Assembly: GCF_017348835.2 (NCBI RefSeq)
Contig: NZ_CP071375.1
DNA from: Escherichia coli
Lineage (GTDB): Bacteria; Pseudomonadota; Gammaproteobacteria; Enterobacterales; Enterobacteriaceae
DNA length: 64,000 nucleotides
Direction: 5' to 3' (one strand)
Below the pieces are notes generated by a model, which saw only the letters and a program-made list of their open reading frames with translations, was not told where the DNA came from and searched no databases. Below are positions 50,665-59,322 of the stretch, in pieces. Each line of letters opens with the position of its first letter. Position 1 is the stretch's first letter. Both the position numbers and the translations under genes were made by a program.

Positions 50665-50688
50665 AAGAAAGCCGGGAATTACCCCGGC
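50665..50688 (-). terminator. hairpin terminator, T-tract on the minus strand
   Basis: GCCGGGaattacCCCGGC preceded on plus strand by ataaaagaaa (minus strand: hairpin then tttcttttat). Confidence 0.45.
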
Positions 50689-50707
50689 TGACTTAACAAT
50701 GTGACCA

Positions 50708-51082
50708 ATGAACAAATCGGACAAGACAAACAGGATAAGCAGTCTCGAAACAATGTTCGGGAACTATATTAGCACAAGTCCGGAGAAAATCATCATGTTG
50801 GCACTACGCATCATGCAGGGCATCGCTAAGACCCTCGCAGAACATGTCTTAGACCTGAAACATTCGCCACTGAGCAAACAGGCCATGAAGCGCCAAACGC
50901 TTCGTCTGTGGGCTGAATATTCGCTTGGAACTATCAATAAAATCATCGACATGAAATCGGGGCCGAGCAACCAGAGCGCGGAGGAAATGGAGTTCATCAG
51001 GCGTTTAATTCTCATTCGCAGAGACATTCATAGCCAGTTACACAGCGTGGGAATCGATATTAATGATGGGACGGGCGATTAA
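50708..51082 (+). CDS. hypothetical protein
   Basis: 124-aa ORF; weak RBS. Confidence 0.45.
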   Translation: MNKSDKTNRISSLETMFGNYISTSPEKIIMLALRIMQGIAKTLAEHVLDLKHSPLSKQAMKRQTLRLWAEYSLGTINKIIDMKSGPSNQSAEEMEFIRRLILIRRDIHSQLHSVGIDINDGTGD

Positions 51083-51120
51083 TTTTCGGACAAGTACTAT
51101 GCGCGCGCGAGGAGCTGAAC

Positions 51121-51351
51121 ATGAAGCAAGATATTGCAGACAGGCTGGAGATACTCGAAGGCCAGCGGGCAGAAGCGAAACAACTACGTAAGCAGGCCAG
51201 AAGAGCGCACAGGAACTACGAAGCAGAATCACTGACCGCTTTCATCAACTTCACAAACCGTTGCATCCTGGAGTGTTACAGGGAGGATGCAGAAAACTGG
51301 CTGGATTCATTGCCAGAACAGACTCTGCATGAACTGAACGGCGACCAGTAA
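51121..51351 (+). CDS. hypothetical small protein
   Basis: 76-aa ORF with GAGGAG RBS 6 nt upstream. Confidence 0.5.
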   Translation: MKQDIADRLEILEGQRAEAKQLRKQARRAHRNYEAESLTAFINFTNRCILECYREDAENWLDSLPEQTLHELNGDQ

Positions 51352-51638
51352 ATAAATCCAGTACGTTTCCCGCAGTGCGCATAACGTACATTATGTGAAA
51401 AACGATATGGATATATATCAGTCTGACTTCAATGAAGAAAACGGACTTCCAGCATCAACCACAAAGAAGTATGGCTAATGCAGCTTTATAAGCCATTGAT
51501 TCTATTAAACGATATTTTTTGTGATTGGTTGAAGCAAACCAAAACACGATGCCACTGAAGCGTTAATAAACTGTTTCAATGTGAAATTATCAGAGTAAAG
51601 AACAATTTGGAGGGTCCGCAAACGCGGATAACAATATC

Positions 51639-53819
51639 ATGAGTGGAAATCTCGGGACCATATACTACGAGGTCGATGCCCGCACTGGGAAACTTCTTAT
51701 CGCGCAACAGCAGGCGGAAGAGGCGTTCGATCGCATTGAACGAGGAGCGCGGAAGGCTGATAGCGGCGTCAAAAAGTTAAATACGCAGATGACTAAAACA
51801 TCAGCCGCAGTCAAAACCAACCTTTCCCCGGCAATCCGTAACGCATCATACCAGATCGCAGACCTTGCCACTCAATTGCAGATGGGCGGTAATGCGCTTC
51901 AGGCGTTCGCTGTGCAGGGTGCGCAGTTATTAGCTGGCTTTGGCACGATGGGCGCGGTAGCTGGCGCGGTGCTGGCTATCGCTGGCGCTATGGGTGGAAG
52001 CCTGGCACAAGGCGCTGATAGTGCAGCCGGATCGGTTGAGTATCTGGACAAGGCGATCACCAAACTGAACGAGGTCATAGCTGTAAATGAACAGGGCGTG
52101 ACGGTGATGAGTGATAGTTACGCCAGACTTTCTAAGGTTAACGCTGAAGTAGCGAAACAGATGCGGAACATGGCTGAAATTCAGGCAATTGCAGCACTGC
52201 GTGACCTGAAAGAACAGGCAAGCCAGGCACAGGGGGAAATGTCGTCATTCTGGCGCAGCTTGCAGGGTGGTAAAGCTGACGCAGCAGCAGCAGCACAGGC
52301 ACTTGATGATCTTGGAATCACAACCAACGACTACAAAGAGGCGATAGCCATACTGAACGCCAATCAGCCGGATACACAGGCGCAAATGGCAACGCTAGCT
52401 AAGTCCGTGATGTACATAGGCGAGGAATACAACCTGACAAACCAGCAAGCCTACGAGTTCATCCGAGCACTAAATAGGGCCGCGACAACGAGAACGCCGG
52501 AAGCCATGCAGGAACTATCGGGCTTCATGCAGGTATTGCTACAGGACACCGAAAACGGTAACGAGGCATTCCGTGAACTGGCTATCAAATTCGTTGATGC
52601 ACAAACCAAAGGCGCAATGCTGGAAGACCAACTAAACCGACTGAAAGGCGCTATCAGTGACGCAGCCACAGAAGCCAGAAACGCCAATTTTACCACTATG
52701 CTCAACACCGTCGCCGCACGCCTGGCAGCCATTGAGCAAGGTTGGGAGGCAGGCGTTAGGATGCAGATGAAAGCCCAGGGCTACACTGAAGAGCAGATCG
52801 ATGAATATGTGAACATGGAAACGGCGTACCGTGATGCAAAAGCCGCTTTGGACGAGAAGAATAAGGCCGACCGTGAAGCTATTGCGCTATCCAAACGCCA
52901 GGCCGCAGAAGCAGCCCGCAAGGCAAAACAGGAAGAAGCTGAAGCACAACGCAAGGCCAAACAGTTAGCCGCGCAGAAGGAGCAGGCAGGACGCTTTACG
53001 CAGCAAGTAATGACGGAATACCTGACGACCGTAGATCCGGCAACAGGCAAGGCGTTTAACCCTGCCGCACAAGTAGAAATGCAGGAGCAGCAGAAGAAAG
53101 CGGCGCTGGATAAATACAGACAGTTGGGCGTCCTGGATGAACAGCAGTACCAGAACACGCTAACCGCCATCCAGAAAACCGCGTCAATGCGCCGCCAGCA
53201 AATCATCAAAGACGAGGCCGACACGTTATTCAACAATCAGCAACAGTTGATCGGCACATTTGGCGATTTCTTCGGTGAACTGTCTGGAGTCATAGCAGAC
53301 GGTGCAGGTGAGCAAAACGCGGCATATCAAGCGCTATTTGCTGTGCAGAAGGGTTTTGTATTGGCATCAGCAGCTTTAAGCCTTCAGAAAGCGCTTGCTG
53401 AGGCAAACGCCTTGCCTTTCCCGGCTAATCTTCCGGCCTATGCGCAAGCTATGTCAGCAGGCACGCAGATCATTTCAGCTATTCGTGGAATAGCTTTCGG
53501 TGGCGGACGCTACAACGGCGGCGCGGTTGGTGCTGGCAACCTGTACCGCGTGGGTGAACACGGTAAGCCTGAGATATTCAAGGCGAACAATGGCAGCCAG
53601 TACATGATCCCAGGTGATAACGGTCGCGTGATAAGTAATCGTGACATTGGCGGCGGTGGCGGCGTAACAATCAACAGCCCGATCACCATTAACACTACGA
53701 ATGGCTTCAGTGATGAAGACTCAAGGCGTCTTGAGGAAGCGATGAAGCGCGTAGCTATGGGCGTTTGCAGGCAGGAGTCAACCAGACCGGGAGGAATGTT
53801 AGCCCCGCGCCGTCGTTAA
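51639..53819 (+). CDS. phage tail tape-measure-like protein
   Basis: 726-aa ORF: glycine/alanine-rich hydrophobic segment (LLAGFGTMGAVAGAVLAIAGAMGGSLAQGADSAAG), long A/Q/E/K-rich coiled-coil middle, C-terminal G-rich region with YRVGEHGKPE motif. Confidence 0.7.
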   Translation: MSGNLGTIYYEVDARTGKLLIAQQQAEEAFDRIERGARKADSGVKKLNTQMTKTSAAVKTNLSPAIRNASYQIADLATQLQMGGNALQAFAVQGAQLLAGFGTMGAVAGAVLAIAGAMGGSLAQGADSAAGSVEYLDKAITKLNEVIAVNEQGVTVMSDSYARLSKVNAEVAKQMRNMAEIQAIAALRDLKEQASQAQGEMSSFWRSLQGGKADAAAAAQALDDLGITTNDYKEAIAILNANQPDTQAQMATLAKSVMYIGEEYNLTNQQAYEFIRALNRAATTRTPEAMQELSGFMQVLLQDTENGNEAFRELAIKFVDAQTKGAMLEDQLNRLKGAISDAATEARNANFTTMLNTVAARLAAIEQGWEAGVRMQMKAQGYTEEQIDEYVNMETAYRDAKAALDEKNKADREAIALSKRQAAEAARKAKQEEAEAQRKAKQLAAQKEQAGRFTQQVMTEYLTTVDPATGKAFNPAAQVEMQEQQKKAALDKYRQLGVLDEQQYQNTLTAIQKTASMRRQQIIKDEADTLFNNQQQLIGTFGDFFGELSGVIADGAGEQNAAYQALFAVQKGFVLASAALSLQKALAEANALPFPANLPAYAQAMSAGTQIISAIRGIAFGGGRYNGGAVGAGNLYRVGEHGKPEIFKANNGSQYMIPGDNGRVISNRDIGGGGGVTINSPITINTTNGFSDEDSRRLEEAMKRVAMGVCRQESTRPGGMLAPRRR

Positions 53820-54317
53820 CCAAATCCCACGCCAGGGGGATAGACTGGCGGCCTTTCAATTCCGTTGAAACGACGGAATCAAACACCCCGATTCAGGGTA
53901 TTTAAACGTCGCGTTTCACGACATTTATCTAAGTCATTGATTTATATTGTAACTCATAATTGAGTTGCGCCGACCATCCCGCCACAAACGCTCCTACGCA
54001 AAAATTCCCTCACAATTACCCTGCCAATTTTCCAGATTTCACGTATACGCGCCTATATCCCCGCCACCGGATACACGCCCGCTTATACCGGATACTTTTA
54101 TGCCATCATTATTAAATCCATTAATAATCATCAAACCATAATTAGCACAACTTATAATCGAACAAAAAACACACAACATTGATAATGATTTTTTCTGGTT
54201 ATACTTATCTAAAAAAGTGGTATGGGAAGTAACTTATTGTTTTGTAATTACAAATTTATTGCGTGGTCAGATGAACAGACTTGCGCACCTCCCGAAAAAC
54301 ACGCGAAAATCGAAGTG

Positions 54318-54427
54318 TTCTTTCTTTTTTTGTTTTTTATTTTTTTATTTTCTCTTTTTCTTCTCTTTCCGGTTCTCTTCTTTTTCTGGTTTTGGTTTTT
54401 TCCTTTTTTATTTTTATTCTTTCTTCA
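54318..54427. repeat. polypyrimidine (T/C) low-complexity tract
   Basis: ~110 bp almost exclusively T and C on the plus strand (tctttctttttttgttttttatttttttattttctc...). Confidence 0.9.
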
Positions 54428-54572
54428 GGGTTGTGATCAAACACACCAAAACATTTTCGCCACAAAAGCGTTAATTTCATCCTGCCAGACCATTCACTTT
54501 CACCGGATACACAGCCGGATATAATCCCGCTAACACCCAGCCACCCAGCATCACGCCTGATAACTACCGTAT

Positions 54573-55976
54573 TCAGGAAGGAAATGCGAGTGATTTCACC
54601 GTCACCGGCACAACCGATCCGCCAAAAAGAGGCGTACCAATGTCGATATAGTCCCCCGCGCGGACAATCACTTCGTCAATGACTGCCAACGGGAGTTGTT
54701 GTAGCTGTGGGCGCAACAACATGCCCAGAGCTTTACCAAAGTCCTGCCCGGCCACCACCAGCAGGGGATGCGGATTCGGAAAACGCGCGACGAAATCGAC
54801 CAACGCGTTGATGACCGTCAGTACCGCGGCGTAACGCACAGGCAGCGAGGCGGGAAGCGCCAGCACGTACGCGTCAGTTTTGGGATCAAGATCCAGCTGA
54901 ATCAGCGCCTGTTGCCAGGCACTCACCAGATCCGTTTCATCAATCGGGATCGCCACCGGCAAATTGCGCAGCGGCAGTTGTACGCCCTCCAGCCAGATTG
55001 TGCTGCCAGAGAGCGAAAGGGTATGTGCACCCGCGCCAATCACCGTGGCGCGTACGGTTTGCGCCGGAAACTGCACGTTCATCTCACGCAGGCGCGGATG
55101 GTCATGCAGCGCCGTTGCCAGAAGCGGGCCAATATCGGCAAAACAGAACGGGTCGGCGGGCTGGTGGCGATAACATTCGCCCACGCCGCCAGAAAGCGTA
55201 ATGATTTCGGGCGTAACACCTGCGGGCAGCAAACCGGTTTGCATTAATGCCTGCGCGAGCGGCGAAAGCGTTCCGTCAATCACTTCGACAATCAGCTCTG
55301 CCATCCGCCAGGTAACCTGCACCAGCTGCGCGCCGGTCAGCGAACGGGCGTCGGTGCCTGCGCCGAAGCACTCATCCACAATCATCTGCCCCGGTTTATG
55401 AGCGTAAACCACGCGCCCCTGGCTGTCGGTTTCCAGCAGGCGACCACCGACGTTGAGGCAGGCAGTGCCGCTGATTTTTCCGGCATCGAACAGGGCGTAG
55501 TTCGCGGTGCCACCGCCGATGTCGATATTCAGTACCCGACACAGCCGTTGTTCAGAAAGGGTTTGCGCCCCGGCACCGTGACCGGCGATCACGGATTCGA
55601 GGTGCGGCCCGGCGCTGGCGACGACAAAATCGCCCAGCGACTGAGAGAGCGCCATCACCGCCGGGCGAGCATTGCGGGTTTTCGCGCTTTCACCGGTGAT
55701 GATGATGGCACCAGAATCAACGCTTTCCGGCGCAATGCCCGCAGCCTGATATTGCTCTAAAATCAGCGATTTCAGTTCCGCTTCTTTTAAACCACCCTGT
55801 TTATCGACAGGGGTAAAGAACACCGGGCTTTGCCAGCTAATTTCGCGTTTGATGAATTCGTAGCGCGGCACCTGCGACACCGCCGCACGGTTAACCAGTT
55901 CCAGGTGGGAGAAAATCACCTGGGTGGTGGTGGTGCCGATATCGATACCGACGCTCAGTAGCTGGCGAGTGTTCAC
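54573..55976 (-). CDS. eutA: ethanolamine ammonia-lyase reactivating factor
   Basis: 467-aa ORF ending ...VTVKSLAFPS; operon context. Confidence 0.9.
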   Translation of the reverse strand: MNTRQLLSVGIDIGTTTTQVIFSHLELVNRAAVSQVPRYEFIKREISWQSPVFFTPVDKQGGLKEAELKSLILEQYQAAGIAPESVDSGAIIITGESAKTRNARPAVMALSQSLGDFVVASAGPHLESVIAGHGAGAQTLSEQRLCRVLNIDIGGGTANYALFDAGKISGTACLNVGGRLLETDSQGRVVYAHKPGQMIVDECFGAGTDARSLTGAQLVQVTWRMAELIVEVIDGTLSPLAQALMQTGLLPAGVTPEIITLSGGVGECYRHQPADPFCFADIGPLLATALHDHPRLREMNVQFPAQTVRATVIGAGAHTLSLSGSTIWLEGVQLPLRNLPVAIPIDETDLVSAWQQALIQLDLDPKTDAYVLALPASLPVRYAAVLTVINALVDFVARFPNPHPLLVVAGQDFGKALGMLLRPQLQQLPLAVIDEVIVRAGDYIDIGTPLFGGSVVPVTVKSLAFPS

Positions 55977-57199
55977 GATTGTGCCTCCGCTTCGGTTTTA
56001 GCCGCGGTCGCGTCGTCTTTTGGCACCAGCATCATCGCCACGCCAATCGCCGTTACGCCGCCGATCAACTTGCCGACAATCATCGGGAAGATCATGGCAT
56101 TCATGTTGGCAGCGGCGAAGCCTAAGTGGTCGCCCAGGGCGAAAGCAGCGGAAACGGCGAAGGCGCAGTTGATGACTTTGCCGCGGGTATCCATCTGCTT
56201 CATCATGCCGAACATCGGGATGTTGTTGGCAAGCGTTGCCACCATGCCGGCTGCCGCGATGTTGTTCATATTCAGCACTTTACCGACGCTCATCAGCGGT
56301 TTTTCAAACCAGCGGGTCAGCAGCAGCACCATTGGATACGCCCCTAACAGAACGCAGGAGATAGAACCGATAACTTCAATGGCGCGCATCACCTCACCGG
56401 GTTTATCGCCAGGGGCCATAAAGATAGGATCCAGACCGGGGATCAGTTCCCAGCCAAGCAGGAATTTCACTACCGCAGCGGCAAGACCGAGGGTGATCAA
56501 TGCAACGAGGAATTTGGCGAAGATCTGGAAGCCGTTGATCATTTTTTCCGGGATGAATTTCAGCCCCAGCGCCACCAGAATCGCAACAATGATCACCGGG
56601 ATCATGTTCATCAGGATCAGGGCGAAAGTGAATTCCACCGGCTGGCCGTTGATCTGAACACCGGAGTACATAGCTACCAGACCACCAGCGATACAACCAA
56701 TCGGAATGGTCACAATGCCCGCCAGCACGCCGAGCGCCAGATAACGACGGTCAGAAGGTTCGATAATGCCGAGCGCCACCGGAATGGAAAACACAATCGT
56801 TGGCCCCATCATCGACCCGAGAATTAACCCAGAGTATAGCCACGCTGCTACGTCGCCGCCCGCCAGCTCTTTGGCGAGGAAGAAGCCGCCCATATCGCAC
56901 GCCAGCAGCGTTCCGGCGAACATTGACGGGTTTGCGCCGAGCATTTCGTAAACCGGGATAATTACCGGCCCGAGTACGTGAGCCAGTACCGGTGCCAGCG
57001 CGGTCATACCGACCATCGCCAGACCCAGAGCGCCCATTGCCATAAAGCCTTCTTCGAACTGACCGCCTGATCCTTCGATACTTTTACCGAACTTACCGAG
57101 GAAACGAGCAGAACCGCCGAACTGTGACAGGATCCTGTCTACGGCAGCTATCAGCATAAAGAACATCATGATGTACATGATGATTTCGTTAATTCCCAT
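55973..57199 (-). CDS. eutH: ethanolamine permease / facilitator
   Basis: 408-aa polytopic membrane ORF. Confidence 0.9.
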   Translation of the reverse strand: MGINEIIMYIMMFFMLIAAVDRILSQFGGSARFLGKFGKSIEGSGGQFEEGFMAMGALGLAMVGMTALAPVLAHVLGPVIIPVYEMLGANPSMFAGTLLACDMGGFFLAKELAGGDVAAWLYSGLILGSMMGPTIVFSIPVALGIIEPSDRRYLALGVLAGIVTIPIGCIAGGLVAMYSGVQINGQPVEFTFALILMNMIPVIIVAILVALGLKFIPEKMINGFQIFAKFLVALITLGLAAAVVKFLLGWELIPGLDPIFMAPGDKPGEVMRAIEVIGSISCVLLGAYPMVLLLTRWFEKPLMSVGKVLNMNNIAAAGMVATLANNIPMFGMMKQMDTRGKVINCAFAVSAAFALGDHLGFAAANMNAMIFPMIVGKLIGGVTAIGVAMMLVPKDDATAAKTEAEAQS

Positions 57200-57298
57200 C
57201 GCCTTTACTCCCTGTTAGTTGTTATTTATTAGCGGATGCTGCGTGAAGCCTTATCCGCACTACATGTGCAATCCCACAGACCGGATAAGACGCGGCAT

Positions 57299-58486
57299 TT
57301 ATTGCGCCGCCGCGTACAGGCCGACAATCTGTTCCAGGCTGGCGGTACGCGGGTTGCTGCGCAGACAAATATCTTCCTGCGCGGCCTGCGCCCATGCACC
57401 GTAATGCGCAGATGTCGCGCCAACATCGCCCAGTCGTTTACCAATCCCAACTTCCGCAATCAGCTCACTTACCGCGTTAATAGCGTCACGATCGTCGGAT
57501 TTTTTAGTTCGCAGTGCCCGACCAATCTGACTAAAGCGTTCGCGACATACCATCCGGTTAAACTCCATCACCGTTGGCAGCAACATAGCGTTCGCCAGAC
57601 CGTGCGGAATATGCAGCGCCGCGCCCGGCTGATGCGCCATCGCGTGGCACAACCCAAGACCCGCACTGGAAAACGCCATTCCCGCCATACATGAAGCCAG
57701 CAACATGCTCTCGCGCGCGGCAAGGTCGTGACCGTAGCCCACCGCTTTCGGCAGCGATTTGCCAATCATCGCAATGGCACCAATCGCCAGACTGTCGGTA
57801 AACGGTGTAGCGTTCAGGGCGCTGTATGCTTCAATGGCATGGGTTAACGCATCAATGCCGGTCATCGCCGTGACATGCGACGGCACACCTTCGGTCAATG
57901 CGGCGTCGAGGATCGCCACATCCGGCATCAGCGAGGCATGGGCTAACACCTGCTTGCGCCCGCTCACCGCGTCGATAATCACCGTTACATTGGTGGTTTC
58001 AGAGCCGGTTCCGGCGGTAGTTGGAATGGCAATCAGCGGCAAGCGCGGTTGCAGAACGCTGGTTTCTGACATCTCTGCCAGCGTGCTATCCGGGTTCGTC
58101 ACCAGCAACGCCACGGCTTTCGCCGCATCCAGCACCGAGCCGCCGCCAAATGCGATCACCCCGTCACAACCTGACTCACGCAACTGCGCCACGGCTGCAC
58201 ACACGTCGGTAATGCACGGTTCGCCCACCGGACATGGCCAGAGCGTCATGGCGATACCTTTAACGGCCAGGCTACGCGTCAGCCCGGCGGTCATCCCTGC
58301 CTGATGCAAAAAGCTGTCTGCCATCACGAACAGATGTTTCAGCCCACGCGTTTGCGCTTGCTGTCCGCAACTGCTCACCGAGCCCGGACCGCAAAGCGTC
58401 ACCGGTGGAACGCTAAATGTTTTTACCCGTTGCAGATTCAGGGTATCGAACGCCTGAAAGAGCGCGGTCTGCAATTCATTTTGCAT
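57299..58486 (-). CDS. eutG: iron-containing alcohol dehydrogenase
   Basis: ORF trimmed to MQNELQTALFQAFDTLNL... (ATG complement 58484-58486). Confidence 0.88.
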   Translation of the reverse strand: MQNELQTALFQAFDTLNLQRVKTFSVPPVTLCGPGSVSSCGQQAQTRGLKHLFVMADSFLHQAGMTAGLTRSLAVKGIAMTLWPCPVGEPCITDVCAAVAQLRESGCDGVIAFGGGSVLDAAKAVALLVTNPDSTLAEMSETSVLQPRLPLIAIPTTAGTGSETTNVTVIIDAVSGRKQVLAHASLMPDVAILDAALTEGVPSHVTAMTGIDALTHAIEAYSALNATPFTDSLAIGAIAMIGKSLPKAVGYGHDLAARESMLLASCMAGMAFSSAGLGLCHAMAHQPGAALHIPHGLANAMLLPTVMEFNRMVCRERFSQIGRALRTKKSDDRDAINAVSELIAEVGIGKRLGDVGATSAHYGAWAQAAQEDICLRSNPRTASLEQIVGLYAAAQ

Positions 58487-59312
58487 ATAGCCCCTCCGCT
58501 TTCTCTCGCCCACTACTGGCGATTGCCAGCGGGGTCATAAACAAACTGTGCTGCGGTAAATGCACCTGTAACGCCGGGAATTGTTTGCGAAACAGTTCCG
58601 CCACGCCCGGTTGCATACAAGAGCCGCCCGCCAGCCATAAATCAGTAATGCCCTGCCCTTCAATATGCCGGGCGACAATGTCCGCCATTTTTTCGTACAC
58701 CGGTTTCACCGCAGGCCAAATCTCTTCACCGTGACCGCGCTTGTACTGCTCCGCCTCTTCCAGCGAAATACGGCGATTTCCGGCGAGAGTCAGAGAGATG
58801 TGATGTCCGCCGGTGGCTTCATCCGCCGAGTACGTCACTTTGCCCTTTTTCACGATGGCAATGCCGGTAGTGCCACCGCCGATATCCACTACGCCTGCGT
58901 TATCCAGTTGCAGTAGATCCGCGACTGCGGTTGGCTCATCCAGCACATGGCTCACTTCCAGCCCGGCAGACTCCAGCACGTTGATGGAAATACGCGGGTC
59001 CGTACCTGGAGGAAATGAAGTCGCCGCATGGCTAAAACGACGACCGAATTGCTGCTCGAGCGTGTCGAGATGGCGACGAACAATGGTGACCGCGCCGAAG
59101 AAATCCCAGACGATGCCGTCGCGGACCACATCGGCCCAGTCGAGGCATACCGCCACCGGCTGACCGTCGCGGTCGACAACCATCGACACCACATCGCAGG
59201 TGCCCAGATCCACCCCCAGCCACAGCGGAGATTCCGTCGCGGCGGGCGTCTGGTTACACAGCGTTGCCGCCGTTTGCAGACGTGGGGTGAGCCATTGTTC
59301 GTCGTGCGCCAT
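58476..59312 (-). CDS. eutJ: DnaK/actin-fold chaperone-like protein
   Basis: 278-aa ORF with DLGTCD / DIGGGTTG ATPase motifs. Confidence 0.9.
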   Translation of the reverse strand: MAHDEQWLTPRLQTAATLCNQTPAATESPLWLGVDLGTCDVVSMVVDRDGQPVAVCLDWADVVRDGIVWDFFGAVTIVRRHLDTLEQQFGRRFSHAATSFPPGTDPRISINVLESAGLEVSHVLDEPTAVADLLQLDNAGVVDIGGGTTGIAIVKKGKVTYSADEATGGHHISLTLAGNRRISLEEAEQYKRGHGEEIWPAVKPVYEKMADIVARHIEGQGITDLWLAGGSCMQPGVAELFRKQFPALQVHLPQHSLFMTPLAIASSGREKAEGLYAK

Positions 59313-59322
59313 CTGTTACTCC

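Larger units (their letters stand above)
44940..54572. mobile_element. integrase-bearing genomic island / cryptic prophage remnant inserted between eutB and eutA (the position of CPZ-55 in K-12)
   Basis: Block of plus-strand and divergent genes antisense to the eut operon; P4-type integrase at the left end; AlpA-like regulator; tape-measure-like gene; AT-rich non-coding stretches; degenerate copy of the eutA 3' end at the left junction. Confidence 0.85.

Noticed and set aside
52781-53236. 151-aa minus-strand ORF and other antisense ORFs within the tape-measure-like gene
   Set aside because: Cys/Ser/Ala-rich shadow frames opposite an A/Q/K-rich coiled-coil gene; a repeat-composition artefact.
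54217-54524. ORFs 54217..54474 and 54222..54524 with poly-F/L translations
   Set aside because: They merely translate the polypyrimidine tract (TTT/CTT/TTC codons); no start context; not genes.
54768-55760. Plus-strand ORFs of 66-159 aa inside eutA
   Set aside because: Antisense to eutA, R/G-rich composition typical of the reverse frame of GC-rich coding sequence.
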